Assembly (NCBI GenBank): GCA_963797095.1
Contig: CAWCNY010000002.1
Coordinates: 416,001-480,000, forward strand
Length of the DNA: 64,000 nucleotides
Reading direction: 5' to 3'
DNA from: an uncultured Chloroflexia bacterium
GTDB taxonomy: Bacteria > Chloroflexota > Chloroflexia > QHBQ01 > JADMIH01
A model generated the notes under the pieces. That model searched no databases. It saw only the letters and a program-made list of their open reading frames with translations, and was not told the DNA's origin. The translations under genes and the position numbers were made by a program. Positions 11,501-21,512 of this stretch are shown here, piece by piece (the stretch's first letter is position 1; every line of letters starts with the position of its first letter).

Positions 11501-11729
11501 GTTGCCCTACGATCCAAACATCGTCGGTGGCTAGGGCGCTAACGCCATGCAATTCCCTGGGCAATACAGGGCTGTTGACCGCGTTCCACGTCTGCAAACA
11601 CCCTTCAGGTGTTGGCGATGGCGTTGCGGAGTTGGCTGCCAGCGCCGCTTCGCCCTTCGCGGCGGTTGCTCCTGCGGCGAGATAGGCCACAATAGCAGAT
11701 GCAACGAGCGTGATGGCAACTGCAAACAT
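8559..11729 (-). CDS. Secreted beta-propeller-repeat protein with Thr/Pro linker and three C-terminal SLH domains
   Basis: Hydrophobic N-terminus, about 14 repeats of (D/N)(V/I)WAVG...HW(D/N)G..W, T/P/S-rich linker, and three F.D(V/I)PPG..FY...GYPCGGPGEPCG...FRP...TRGQ SLH repeats. Confidence 0.88.
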   Translation of the reverse strand: MFAVAITLVASAIVAYLAAGATAAKGEAALAANSATPSPTPEGCLQTWNAVNSPVLPRELHGVSALATDDVWIVGQQTIEHWDGAVWMTITNTAVVSDVTYEDVAAITSDNVWAVGSKTYGGAAIAHWDGSDWNTVPNPAQQGNYYLRAIATISSDDIWAVGSAGYFLSDTAMIIHWDGTGWSIVDVGGSPPEVYGLYGITALAQDDVWAVGYEAGANLADALIVHWDGTGWTVMPQTIENVMLYDVSAISSDDIWAAGTFWDGEGTLRGVICHWDGSTWTEQWGVDNVQFYGVEALAPDDAWVIGENHYGNTRVEHWDGTQWSMVDSPNPSLEEGALWDIAAVSSQDIWAVGNSTDGDPYTLVVHYSQWCPPPVVCEPGLHIIGSPNPAASMNSLAGVDALSSDDIWAVGRFLYNWSITGTVAEHWNGSSWQVVPMPYEQQDSYPYLYDVAIISQDDVWAVGQTIPLYQTITMHWDGTSWTRIPTPSPDIRNAGLYAVDGVSANDVWTVGDYQDSSNTYRGLILHWDGSSWTQTAGPPGGLGGVLAISSDNVWAVGGTTAGLNSQTLVMHWNGTTWNTVTSPSPGDGENHLNSISAVSDNDIWAVGNSYDAVAGRRPIALHWDGSSWMLQDIPFPGRIELLGIAAVGSNDVWAVGNDDYVDGVVLHWDGSSWTSLPDPITDPTAVDILNDVVAISPNEIWAVGEQYYGYWVDQTLVERYIGSCSPSPTMTATPSSTDTPTNTAIPATNTSTSTPTPTQTIAASTSTSTPLPSATATNTAMPSDTPMPATETSTATSTATVPVSTSTATSTNTNIPTKSSTAIATSTLTATTVPSSTPTACAIYFQDVPPGHTFYDQVLCLACRGIVSGYPCGGPGEPCGTSSDPYFRPGSGITRGQIAKIVAGAAGFNEAVSGQSFEDIPPGSPFYEAIERLVAHGVVAGYPCGGPGEPCGASSLPYFRPNTGATRGQIAKLVSESAGFNETVTGQAFEDISPGSTFYDYIGRLATRDVMNGYPCGGPGEPCGASSLPYFRPNDFATRGQAGKIVANTFLPACTP
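8629..9125. repeat. Near-identical intragenic repeats encoding the SLH Cys loop (GYPCGGPGEPCG)
   Basis: Copies at about 8629-8693 and 8845-8909 (216 bp apart), plus a partial copy at about 9090-9125. Confidence 0.8.
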
Positions 11730-11979
11730 AGAAAGAGCCGGGGTCGTGTGCGTTGCGCTCCCAACCTTCCGGCTCCTGCAAATAGCTCCTATCCATAGGT
11801 TTTCTTACTCCCGCTGCGATGGCCCGCTCATGCTACACACCGAGCATCATCGCTCTTAGGCCTGCCGGCACCTGGATTACCTTAACCCAGTTTAGTGCAG
11901 GATTACCCACCGGTAAATGGGTAAAAAGTAAGAACCCCTGTTAGGAGATTTGTAACGTATACTTATTTTTCAGAAGAAT

Positions 11980-12603
<624 letters not shown>

Positions 12604-12753
12604 CTATCTATTGCTTCCTCTATTTATCCGCTGCCGCAACGCCCAATCTATCTCAGTCTATTGGCGCGTCCGCAATCGTTGAGGTGCGTGGATCTTACAC
12701 CGTGCCCATGCAGGAGTCAAGCGGGTGCTAAGAATGGTGTGCGGGCCAGGGCC

Positions 12754-12810
12754 TTTACTTACCACTCCAAATTGTGCTATACTGATAACGATTTAGCAAC
12801 TACTTAATCG
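12754..12810 (+). promoter_or_regulatory. Promoter and ArsR/SmtB-type operator
   Basis: TTTACT-18 nt-TATACT with TG extension (12754-12783), followed by the imperfect palindrome CGATTTAGCAACTACTTAATCG (12789-12810, 16/22 symmetric). Confidence 0.65.
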
Positions 12811-12824
12811 AAGTGGTGAAACTT

Positions 12825-13286
12825 ATGGACAAAGATCAAGATAACAGTTCAGTAGCGTCCGCGACCATCACCCAGGAAGATGAGGATGCCCTGTGTGACG
12901 TGCGTTGCGTCCACCCCGACCGGGTGATTATGGGGCGCGCCTTGCTCCTCCCTGACGCCGAATACTCGTCGCTGGCGGGCATATTCGCGGCTCTCGCCGA
13001 CCCTACGCGTGCCAAAATCGTCTATAGCATCCTGCACCAGGAGCTTTGCACTTGCGACCTCGCCGCCATCACGGGCATCAGTGAATCGGCTGTGTCTCAG
13101 CACCTGGCCGTGCTGCGCCGCCTTCGCCTCGTAAAGAACCGGCGTGCAGGCAAAGTAGTCTACTACGCTCTCGATGACCCGCACATTGACGCCCTTCTCC
13201 AGGTGTGTCTCGAACACATTCGAGATAGCCGCGATATGCCGGAGACCGCCCAGGCGAAAGGTAAATCCGAAGCCCGAAACGGGTAA
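12825..13286 (+). CDS. ArsR/SmtB (CadC-like) metalloregulatory repressor
   Basis: FAALADPTRAKI, ELCTCDLA, SAVSQHL..LR, and N-terminal CDVRCVH. Alternative GTG start at 12813. Confidence 0.93.
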   Translation: MDKDQDNSSVASATITQEDEDALCDVRCVHPDRVIMGRALLLPDAEYSSLAGIFAALADPTRAKIVYSILHQELCTCDLAAITGISESAVSQHLAVLRRLRLVKNRRAGKVVYYALDDPHIDALLQVCLEHIRDSRDMPETAQAKGKSEARNG

Positions 13287-13292
13287 TAAAAA

Positions 13293-15446
13293 ATGCCCAG
13301 GACGCTTGATTTCACAGTCGAAGGGATGGATTGCGCCGATTGCGCTCTAACCATCGAAAAAGCCGTATCCGCCCTGCCGGGGGTCGGTTCCGCGACCGTC
13401 AACTTCGGTTCGGCGCGCCTTTCGGTTGTGCCTGCCGGTGCGGATGCCGGGCGTCTCCCTCCGCTCGTTGAGCGGAAGGTGAGCGAAGCCGGGTATCGCG
13501 CTACTCCCCTTGCTGAGCGCGCGGCCCTGGCTCAAATCCCGTTCTGGCGTCGCGAGCGGCGTGTGCTCACCACTGCCGCAGGCGCGGTGTTCGCTCTCGC
13601 CGCCTTCGTGCTCTCCTTTATCGGCCTTCCCGCGTGGGTTTCGAACACGCTTTTCGGGATCGCCATTGTGGTGGCGGGATTTGGCTTCGCCAGGGCCGGC
13701 CTACTTGCGGTCCGGTCGTTGCGGGCCGATATGAACCTGCTGATGACCATCGCGGTTATGGGAGCCGCCGCCATCGGCGATTGGGGCGAGGCCGCGACCG
13801 TGGTCCTCCTTTTCGCATTCGGCGGCACTCTCCAGTCATATACTCTTGAGCGCACGCGATCCAGCATTCGCGGCCTCATGGACCTCTCTCCCCCAACGGC
13901 GCTGGTGCGTCGCCCGGACAAATCGGGCGGCTTGCCCATCCTCCGCGAAATGCGTCTCCCTGTCGAAGATGTAGCCGTAGGCGAGATCGTGGTCGTAGGC
14001 CCCGGCGAGCGCCTTCCCCTGGATGGCGTCGTGACAGGCGGCACATCCTCGATTGACCAATCGCCAATCACTGGCGAAAGTGTGCCGGTGGATGTCACCC
14101 AGGGTGCCGAAGTGTTCGCGGGCACAATCAACGGCTCCGGCGTGCTGGATGTGCGCGTCACCCGTCCATCGGGCGATACCGCGCTTGCTCGCATTATCGG
14201 CCTTGTGGAGGAAGCCCAGGCCAACCGCGCCCCTTCGCAGCAACTGGTGGACCGCTTCTCGGCCATATACACGCCGGTCGTGATCATTGGAGCGTTTCTG
14301 ATTGCGATAGTGCCTCCGCTCCTCTTTGCCCAGCCGTTCGCCGAGTGGTTCTACAGGGCGCTGGTGTTGCTGGTGGTGGCCTGCCCCTGCGCGCTTGTTA
14401 TCTCTACTCCTGTCAGCATCGTGTCGGCAATAGGGGCTGCCACCCGCCGGGGCGTCCTGATCAAGGGCGGGGCCGCCCTCGAAGCCCTGGGAAAGACCGG
14501 CATTGTCGCTTTCGACAAGACGGGCACGCTCACCTGGGGCAGGCCGCACGTGGTGGGGGTGTACTCGCTCGATGGCGACCCTGACCACCTGCTGGCTCTC
14601 GCCGCTACGGTAGAGGCGCGATCCGAGCACCCGCTGGCCCGTGCCATTCTCCATGCCGCCCGCGACCTCAAATCAAATAATCATTTAAAGGCTGAGGACT
14701 TCGCCTCCTTGCCGGGCCTGGGCGCTCGCGCCCGCGTGGACGGCCAGGAGGTGTACGTGGGGAACACGCGCCTCTTCCGCGAGCGCAATATTCCCCTCCA
14801 CGGTGTCACATCGACCCTGGACAAGCTGGAATCCGAGGGCAAGACCGCCGTGCTGGCCGGTACTCCCACGTCCATGCTTGGGGTGATTGCTCTCGCCGAT
14901 ACGCCACGCCCCGAAGCCGCCCCTGCCATACGGCAACTGCGCGAGGCGGGCGTGCGCCACGTCGCCATGCTCACAGGGGACAACGCCAGCACCGCCCAAT
15001 CGATCTCGAAAAGTGTGGGCCTCGACACTTTCCGCGCCGAGCTACTGCCCGCCGAGAAGGTGGATGCTGTGCGCGATTTGCGCCGGGAGTACGGGCCGAT
15101 AGCCATGCTTGGCGATGGTGTGAACGACGCGCCCGCGCTGGCCGTGGCCGATGTGGGTATCGCTATGGGCATGGCGGGCACCGACGCTGCCCTCGAAGTG
15201 GCCGATGTGGCCTTGATGAGCGACAATCTGTCGCAACTCGACTACGCCATCCTTCTTTCGCGCAAAGCTGTGTCGGTTATCCGCCAGAACATAACGATCT
15301 CTCTTGGGATCAAGCTGCTGGCCCTCCTGCTGGCAATTATCGGCACTCTTCCCCTCTGGGCCGCGATCCTGGCCGATATGGGCGTCTCTCTACTTGTCAC
15401 CCTCAACGGAATGACTTTGCTCGCCTACAAAGGGAAGCAAGCCTGA
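13293..15446 (+). CDS. cadA: Heavy-metal (Cd/Zn/Pb) P1B-type ATPase
   Basis: GMDCADC HMA domain, TGES, CPC, DKTGT, SEHPL, GDGVNDAPALA, and TM Lys plus ADMG signature of P1B-2. Confidence 0.93.
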   Translation: MPRTLDFTVEGMDCADCALTIEKAVSALPGVGSATVNFGSARLSVVPAGADAGRLPPLVERKVSEAGYRATPLAERAALAQIPFWRRERRVLTTAAGAVFALAAFVLSFIGLPAWVSNTLFGIAIVVAGFGFARAGLLAVRSLRADMNLLMTIAVMGAAAIGDWGEAATVVLLFAFGGTLQSYTLERTRSSIRGLMDLSPPTALVRRPDKSGGLPILREMRLPVEDVAVGEIVVVGPGERLPLDGVVTGGTSSIDQSPITGESVPVDVTQGAEVFAGTINGSGVLDVRVTRPSGDTALARIIGLVEEAQANRAPSQQLVDRFSAIYTPVVIIGAFLIAIVPPLLFAQPFAEWFYRALVLLVVACPCALVISTPVSIVSAIGAATRRGVLIKGGAALEALGKTGIVAFDKTGTLTWGRPHVVGVYSLDGDPDHLLALAATVEARSEHPLARAILHAARDLKSNNHLKAEDFASLPGLGARARVDGQEVYVGNTRLFRERNIPLHGVTSTLDKLESEGKTAVLAGTPTSMLGVIALADTPRPEAAPAIRQLREAGVRHVAMLTGDNASTAQSISKSVGLDTFRAELLPAEKVDAVRDLRREYGPIAMLGDGVNDAPALAVADVGIAMGMAGTDAALEVADVALMSDNLSQLDYAILLSRKAVSVIRQNITISLGIKLLALLLAIIGTLPLWAAILADMGVSLLVTLNGMTLLAYKGKQA

Positions 15447-15501
15447 GCCTTTACCGCTTCTGTCGAAAACTATCGTACAACAGATTGGGGACGACCAGAG
15501 A

Positions 15502-15598
15502 CCCCCCCCGAAATTTGGGGGGGCTTTCCAAAAAGAGCGAAAATGGCGGCTTCGCCGCCATTTTCGCTCTTTTTGGAAGTAGATTGCACGCCTGCGAA
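15502..15598. repeat. Dispersed palindromic (REP/MITE-like) element, copy 1
   Basis: C-run/G-run hairpin, then a perfect 25-bp stem (15526-15578, loop TTC), then tail AGATTGCACGCCTGCGAA. Homologous to 39000-39099. Confidence 0.85.
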
Positions 15599-15667
15599 GC
15601 TGAATCAAAATTCGGGATGACCCATGTTTAGAGCGTCCTTTTCCAGTATTCTGAGGAGGGATGGGGT

Positions 15668-16690
15668 TTAGAGAGGCTTGCGGTAGACTGTTTCAGTCCG
15701 TGTCACCTCAAAGCCCATTTTCTTGTACAGTTCAAGCGCGCCGTTGGGGTTCTGCGCGTCCACGCTCAGGGCGGTCTCGGTCATCCCCAGCTCTTTTTGG
15801 AGATTCATGCTGCGAGCCATCAAAGCTCGCGCCAGGCCGCGCCTTCGCCAGGGGCGGCGCACGCTGATATTCTCGGTATAGCCGCGCTGGCGACCGTGCT
15901 CGCGGTTTTCGATGTCATTGATGAACGTGCGCACCATCCCTGCCACCTCGCCTGTAGCTGTGTCCCAGGCCACCTGCCAGTACTCAGGCTGGAAGGGTGT
16001 TTCGCTCTTCCATCGCTCGAAGTCGCCTTCCTGAGGCTCGTCTGCGCCCCAGTGATCGCGGAACGCCTCAGCCTCGGCCTCCCATACAGCGTGCAAATTA
16101 TCCGGCTCGACCTTGCGTGCCTCAAGCCCCTCCGGCATCGGCACGTCCGGTATATCGTCCAGGTTGGGCCGCACCATATCGTAGCCTGCGCGTACCGGCT
16201 TGTACCCTTCGTCTTCCAGCAGAGCTTTCAAGCCTACCAGCCTGTCGGTAGTAAAAGTATCAAACCACCTGGGACCAGTATCTGGGTGCTCGGCTGCCAT
16301 TTCGCGGCTGCGTGCCTCGCTGTGTCTGATCAATGCCCTGCCGATCCCTTTGCCGCGCCATTCCGGAAGCAAGAAACCGAAGTGCTGGTATACTCGCGTG
16401 CCGTCCAGCTCCTGCCACCATGTGACACGCTTGTACCCGATTAGCTCGTCGTCCATTTCCACCATCACCATATCGTTGGCGGCATCGCTATTCCTCAGAT
16501 TGGAGTAGGCGCTGCTCAGCGACTCCTCCGTGGCGACGCGCTCGTTACCGTCATACGGATCGACGACATTTAGAACTCGAACCATCTCCGGGATATCCTC
16601 CACGCCCCGAAACCTGCGGAAGCGTAGCCCCGGAATATCAGGTGCGCCCGGCACCTCTACCAATTCGTCCGTTTGTGTGTCTAATGACAT
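15668..16690 (-). CDS. Tandem-domain GNAT acetyltransferase
   Basis: Two acetyl-CoA motifs (PEWRGKGIG and RPWRRRGLA) and N..ALELYKKMGF. Start moved to the ATG at 16690 (AGGAG RBS). Confidence 0.9.
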   Translation of the reverse strand: MSLDTQTDELVEVPGAPDIPGLRFRRFRGVEDIPEMVRVLNVVDPYDGNERVATEESLSSAYSNLRNSDAANDMVMVEMDDELIGYKRVTWWQELDGTRVYQHFGFLLPEWRGKGIGRALIRHSEARSREMAAEHPDTGPRWFDTFTTDRLVGLKALLEDEGYKPVRAGYDMVRPNLDDIPDVPMPEGLEARKVEPDNLHAVWEAEAEAFRDHWGADEPQEGDFERWKSETPFQPEYWQVAWDTATGEVAGMVRTFINDIENREHGRQRGYTENISVRRPWRRRGLARALMARSMNLQKELGMTETALSVDAQNPNGALELYKKMGFEVTRTETVYRKPL

Positions 16691-16870
16691 TGTTCTTCTC
16701 CTACCGCAAAGCAACTTACGTGTGCGGCCAACAAGTACGGCCACCAAGACCTCCTCTAAATACGGCTATATCCCCGCCCATTATATGAACCCTTCCAGCC
16801 CTCCAACAGAACCCACAGACCCATCTTCTATCCGACCTAAGAAGTAGATACTCCCGAATACACCTTCACA

Positions 16871-16933
16871 GAAAAACCACCCGAAAGTACACCCTAAAAC
16901 CTGCCCAGTTTTGTCCCACCAATGCCATTAAGT
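16871..16933 (+). repeat. Dispersed ~65-bp intergenic repeat, copy 1
   Basis: AAAAA..ACCCGAAAGTACACCC.AAAA...GTTTT...TGCCATT.AGT matches the reverse complement of 38869-38931. Confidence 0.75.
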
Positions 16934-17008
16934 ATATGGGGGAAGAATAGCCACCTCACCAAAGGAACACCAAAATGCCGAGCAACCACTATCCGAAGGG
17001 TCATATTT

Positions 17009-17080
17009 GGTAGTCAGTAGTCGGTAGTCAGTAGTCGGAATAGGAACCAGGAACTTGGAACCTCCGACTACCGACTACCG
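17009..17080. repeat. Mosaic heptamer tandem repeat with inverted arms
   Basis: (RGTAGTC)x4, then GGAATA and (GGAACYW)x3, then (CCGACTA)x2. Confidence 0.9.
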
Positions 17081-17148
17081 GGAACCGATCTGCCCAGAAA
17101 GGTGTATACCATACTGAAGAACAACCTCTCCGGAGAGGATGCGGCTAA

Positions 17149-17712
17149 TTGGATAGCAACGACCTCATAAGCCGGGCGCGTCGAGGTGACGATGCAGCCT
17201 GGGAAACGTTGGTACGCGACCACCAGGAAGCGATCTTTAAACTCGCTTACCTGCTGCTAGGCGATGCCCACGACGCGGAGGACGTGGCCCAGGAAGTGTT
17301 CGTGCGGGCCTTCCGCGCCCTCAATACCTTCGACGTGATGCGTCCCTTGCGCCCCTGGCTCCTGAAAATCACCACCAATCTGGCCCACAACTACCGCAGG
17401 TCGGTTGGCCGCTATTTCGCCATGGTCAAGCGCGCCATCATCGCCTCACCTGAGCCTGTTACCACCCTGGGAGAGAGAAGCGCCCAGCAGTGGGAAGCCC
17501 AGACCCTCTGGGAGGCGGTGCGCCGCCTCAGCCAGCACGAGCAGGAAGTGGTCTACCTGCGTTACTTCCTCGACCTGTCGGAAGCCGAGATGGCTGCGGC
17601 CCTCGACGTTCCGCCCGGCACTGTCAAATCACGTTTACATCGCGCCCTGCGCCGCCTGCGCATGGTCGTGGACGAGGAGTTCCCCGCTCTACGAGAGGAG
17701 CGGTTTGTATGA
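17149..17712 (+). CDS. ECF RNA polymerase sigma factor
   Basis: DAEDVAQEVFVRAF, WLLKITTN, LSEAEMAAALDVPPGTVKSRLHRAL. Confidence 0.95.
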   Translation: MDSNDLISRARRGDDAAWETLVRDHQEAIFKLAYLLLGDAHDAEDVAQEVFVRAFRALNTFDVMRPLRPWLLKITTNLAHNYRRSVGRYFAMVKRAIIASPEPVTTLGERSAQQWEAQTLWEAVRRLSQHEQEVVYLRYFLDLSEAEMAAALDVPPGTVKSRLHRALRRLRMVVDEEFPALREERFV

Positions 17713-19121
17713 GCAACTTGGACGAGCACCCCAACACAAAGGATGAAGGACGTGGGATAAGAAGCCCGCAAGGCTTCCACACTAACCCTACCGAAAGCAA
17801 TATGGACAGATACCTGACCAACAAAGCAAGCGCCTTTCGCTACCCGCCCACCCCCGACATAGCCTCGGCGGTGCGCAACAGGTTGGTCGAAGGCTCGTAC
17901 CGCGATAACGGGCGACCCAGGGGCAGACGCCACAGGCCCGCGCAGGCCGGGCTGGCAATGGCCCTCACAGTGGCTGTGTTGCTTGGCTCCATGTTTGTGG
18001 TGCCAGGAGCGCGTGCTTTCGTAGGCGACCTCTACGTTGGCGCGGTGCACCTGATCCTCGGCGGGCCGGACCAACCCCAGCGCGATATATCCGCCTCCAC
18101 GCCCGTAATACCAGGCGCTTCCTGGAATCCCGGCCTGGCAGGTGAGACCAACCTTGCCTCCATCGCCGGCAACTGGCCCGGCGCTCTCAAGCTCCCGACC
18201 TACCCATCCGACCTCGGTCTGCCTGACCACATCTACTATCAGAGCGTGAACTACGACCTTTTCCTCTACGTCTGGCTCGACCCTACCAACCCTGCCAGGC
18301 CACGGCTGACTCTCTACCAGGTTCCGATGACCACGGCGGCTTCCAAGATAATCCCGTCAGGCACGAGGATGACCGATGTGATGGTCGGCACCTCATATGG
18401 GGAATGGATTGACGGTCCAACAACCCTCCAACTCCAATACTACGATGCCAATGGCAGTAAGATATGGAGCGCAGACCAACTGCTCGATGGCAACACCCTC
18501 CTCTGGAAGGACATGGATAACGGCTACACTTACAAGCTTGTGGGCGATCTGACACAAGACGAGGCCATCCGCATAGCCACTTCGATGGAGCCTCTTTCTG
18601 CTCCGCCAACACCCCGGCCCACCGCCACGCCCATCTCGCCTGCCTCCCGGCTCGATCTAACGGGTGAAACGGGCCTTTATGGTCTCACTCAGCATACAGG
18701 CTTCCGGGTCAAGATCCCGGCCCTGGTTGAAATGCCGGAATTGATCCAGCCCGACAAAGTCTATTTGCAGGGCAACCCCAGCCTGCCCGATTCCGCCCAG
18801 ATGGTAGTCATGGCCTGGTTCGTGCCAGACCGCCCGGATGCGCTCCGCATGCTGCTAACGCAAGGCATGTGGGATGTATCCTACGATTACGATACCACCA
18901 CCGGCGCTGTGACAACTGCAGTGCATGGCAACCCGGCGAAATGGGTCCAGACACCGCAGAAAGTGTACGTGGATGGGCCGGACGGCACGCCAACCCTGGC
19001 CGACCGCCGCCTGATCACCAACGGCCACGCCCTGATCTGGCAGGAAGATGGCCTCTACTACAGGCTGGAAACCTCGCTCTCCCTCGACCAGGCCGTAAAG
19101 ATAGCCGAAGCCCTTCGCTGA
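17709..19121 (+). CDS. Putative membrane anti-sigma factor with duplicated extracytoplasmic domain
   Basis: ATGA overlap with the sigma stop, FRYPPTPDIA cytoplasmic motif, one TM helix, and two repeats (L.GET.L...P...PD..Y.Q ... L..D.A..IA). Confidence 0.75.
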   Translation: MSNLDEHPNTKDEGRGIRSPQGFHTNPTESNMDRYLTNKASAFRYPPTPDIASAVRNRLVEGSYRDNGRPRGRRHRPAQAGLAMALTVAVLLGSMFVVPGARAFVGDLYVGAVHLILGGPDQPQRDISASTPVIPGASWNPGLAGETNLASIAGNWPGALKLPTYPSDLGLPDHIYYQSVNYDLFLYVWLDPTNPARPRLTLYQVPMTTAASKIIPSGTRMTDVMVGTSYGEWIDGPTTLQLQYYDANGSKIWSADQLLDGNTLLWKDMDNGYTYKLVGDLTQDEAIRIATSMEPLSAPPTPRPTATPISPASRLDLTGETGLYGLTQHTGFRVKIPALVEMPELIQPDKVYLQGNPSLPDSAQMVVMAWFVPDRPDALRMLLTQGMWDVSYDYDTTTGAVTTAVHGNPAKWVQTPQKVYVDGPDGTPTLADRRLITNGHALIWQEDGLYYRLETSLSLDQAVKIAEALR

Positions 19122-19161
19122 TAGCACGATGCGCAGAGGGTGAAGTGACAGCGCCGCCGCT

Positions 19162-20343
19162 TCACCTTCTGCGCACAAACCGGAACCCCCCTCCCTTCTC
19201 CACCTGCATAACGTGGCCGCGCCACACTATGCGCTTCGGAGATAGGAGCGCCGCCAGTAACTGCACCGGGAAAAACACCTCGATCAACGGGACCATCCAC
19301 GCCTTGCCCATAGGCGCGGCACCGCGCAAGTACTTCCTGTTGATCCATGCGAACAATGCGAAACTGTACGCGAAATACACGAACGCGTAAACAGACTTGC
19401 CGAGGGATGGCTTGCGGGCAGCCCACAGCACCAACAACAGCGGGTAGAGCGCGGGCAGCAAGCCCGTCCCGTACAGCACCGCTTGCTCGCCCAGCCCAAG
19501 GTGCCGCATCAGCGACTCGCGAGGGAAGATAAACCATCTCTGTATCAGGCTCAAATAATGGCGCGGGCCTGTCACCTGCGTGCTGATGCCGTGCAGCAAC
19601 GGGGTCTGGGCAAGCTTCAATCCGTGCTGCTTGAAGAGTTGCGCCACCGCGAAATCGTCGGCCAGCGTGCCTTCAAGTTTCGCAAAGTCCCCTAAGGCAT
19701 CAAGGGTATCGCGCCTCACGCAATAGAACATGCCGTTGATAGTAAACGGCTCGGTAAGCGCCGTGTAGGGGATGTAAGTTAGCAGGCTGTGGCTATCTAC
19801 GAAATAGGATATGAGAGACGACCACAGGTTAGAGAAGTTGGTGTAATAGGGCAGCCCGAACGCCAGCCCCACACCCGGCTCGTCAAGGTATGGTAAGCAC
19901 TCGTCCAACCCACCGTCAGGGAGCACCGTATCATCGTCCAGCACGCAGATCACGTCTCCTTGTGCCAATCCCAATCCCTCTATCAGCTTGACCATCTTGG
20001 GGTTCTCGCGCTCTCCCGGTGGCGGCATCGAGCGCATGCTCACCCTTCTGTGAGGGTACTTCTCCATCAAGTCCAGGCAGATGCGGTGCGCTGCCCTGTC
20101 GTTCCTGTCTATTAGCCAAATGAATTCGACTTGTTGGCCGGTCTTCATCGCCAGGTTGCCCTCAAGGCACGCGGGCATGGTGGGGTCGCCGCTCAAGATT
20201 GGCTGTAATATGCTTACCAGCCGCGCGGGTCTTTTCGCCTTTGGCCTCTGCCTCTCGAAGAACCGTGTTACCGTCCGGTGTCGCCATACCTTCTCGCCCA
20301 GCATCACGGCAGCAATCAAAGCCCCCGGCCTCAACCATCTCAT
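19162..20343 (-). CDS. GT2/GT21 ceramide glucosyltransferase-like (HpnI-like) protein
   Basis: SILQP, NPK, LDDD, ADDF, QRW motifs and C-terminal WRG. Start at 20343 overlaps the upstream stop. Confidence 0.85.
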   Translation of the reverse strand: MRWLRPGALIAAVMLGEKVWRHRTVTRFFERQRPKAKRPARLVSILQPILSGDPTMPACLEGNLAMKTGQQVEFIWLIDRNDRAAHRICLDLMEKYPHRRVSMRSMPPPGERENPKMVKLIEGLGLAQGDVICVLDDDTVLPDGGLDECLPYLDEPGVGLAFGLPYYTNFSNLWSSLISYFVDSHSLLTYIPYTALTEPFTINGMFYCVRRDTLDALGDFAKLEGTLADDFAVAQLFKQHGLKLAQTPLLHGISTQVTGPRHYLSLIQRWFIFPRESLMRHLGLGEQAVLYGTGLLPALYPLLLVLWAARKPSLGKSVYAFVYFAYSFALFAWINRKYLRGAAPMGKAWMVPLIEVFFPVQLLAALLSPKRIVWRGHVMQVEKGGGFRFVRRR

Positions 20344-21512
20344 AGGGTTTCCTCGAAGTCGCCTCCGCGCAGGATGCGCAGTTTCCGCCCACGCCACTCC
20401 ACCTTATCGTCCGACAGGAGCGCCCACACGATCTGTAATGGAGACACGATAGCTTCTAGAGCCACTATGCCTCGCCACCACACGGGCGTGACCCGCTTCA
20501 AGTAGAGCACTTCACACGCAGAATAGACAATATTGAAAGCCGCCACACTGCGCGCCAGCGCCGTTACAGTGCCGCGCCTCCTCGCCAGAAGTGCGAGCAC
20601 GCCAAGCACGCCGGGGATGATATTTCCTACGCCTAGCGCCAGGGTTGCCAACTGCTCACCCGGCGACATGATAGGGATAAGCGCCTGCCTGGGAAAGACG
20701 AACCACCTCTTCATTTGTGCAGAGCGCTCTCCAAGCGTGGCGAGATGGTTCTTCACATCGTAGATCATCGGTGTTTGCACTACCAGCAACCCTATCTTTC
20801 GCAACTTCGCGGCCAACAGGTGATCATCGGCTATGTTCTTTTCGAGGCCCGCAAACCCGTCTACCGCCTGAAGCACGTCCCTTCTCACCGCGAAAATATG
20901 CCCTGTGATCGTGAAAGGCTCGGCCAGATAAGTGCCCGGCACGTAGGTGAGCAGCGCGTTGGCGTTTACAAACCCGCTCATAAGGCTGGACGGCAGATTG
21001 CTCCAATCGGTGTAGCAAGCCAGCCCGAAGGTCGCGCCAACTCCTCTTTCGCATAGGTAAGGTATCATCGTTCGCAACGAATCGGACCGCAAAATAATGT
21101 CGTCGTCCACGCAACACACGACCTTGCCCGTTGCGTGAGCTAATCCGGCCTGCAACTTCTCCGTTTTGGCAGCAACCCTGCCCTCCCATGCCACCTCAAC
21201 AATAGTTGTATCGAGGCTGGAATGTCGCGCTACCCAACTCTCGCACGCCCTGAGCAATTCGTCATCTCCCGCATCGCAGACCAACAGGTGCTGTAGGTGT
21301 GCGGAATAGTCCAGTTTGGCCCGCGCCTCCAATGCTGCAAATAGATCGGTTGCTCCCCGCGTGACGGGCTGCAATAGGGTGACCGTGGGCCATTCTTCAG
21401 GAGCGCGCGGCTTCTCTCTCCCAAAGAAATGGATGACTGCTGCCATCCTGGCTCCTCGCTCCAGCACGTAGGCCCATGATAGCGCGTTCGCTACTCGATC
21501 AAGGCTCGGCAT
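20340..21512 (-). CDS. GT2/GT21 ceramide glucosyltransferase-like protein (paralog)
   Basis: TLLQP, VDDD, ADDH, QMKRW and WRG. Clear paralog of the next gene (GL.YYTN/GLACYTD, EPFTI.G, RWF.FPR). Confidence 0.85.
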   Translation of the reverse strand: MPSLDRVANALSWAYVLERGARMAAVIHFFGREKPRAPEEWPTVTLLQPVTRGATDLFAALEARAKLDYSAHLQHLLVCDAGDDELLRACESWVARHSSLDTTIVEVAWEGRVAAKTEKLQAGLAHATGKVVCCVDDDIILRSDSLRTMIPYLCERGVGATFGLACYTDWSNLPSSLMSGFVNANALLTYVPGTYLAEPFTITGHIFAVRRDVLQAVDGFAGLEKNIADDHLLAAKLRKIGLLVVQTPMIYDVKNHLATLGERSAQMKRWFVFPRQALIPIMSPGEQLATLALGVGNIIPGVLGVLALLARRRGTVTALARSVAAFNIVYSACEVLYLKRVTPVWWRGIVALEAIVSPLQIVWALLSDDKVEWRGRKLRILRGGDFEETL

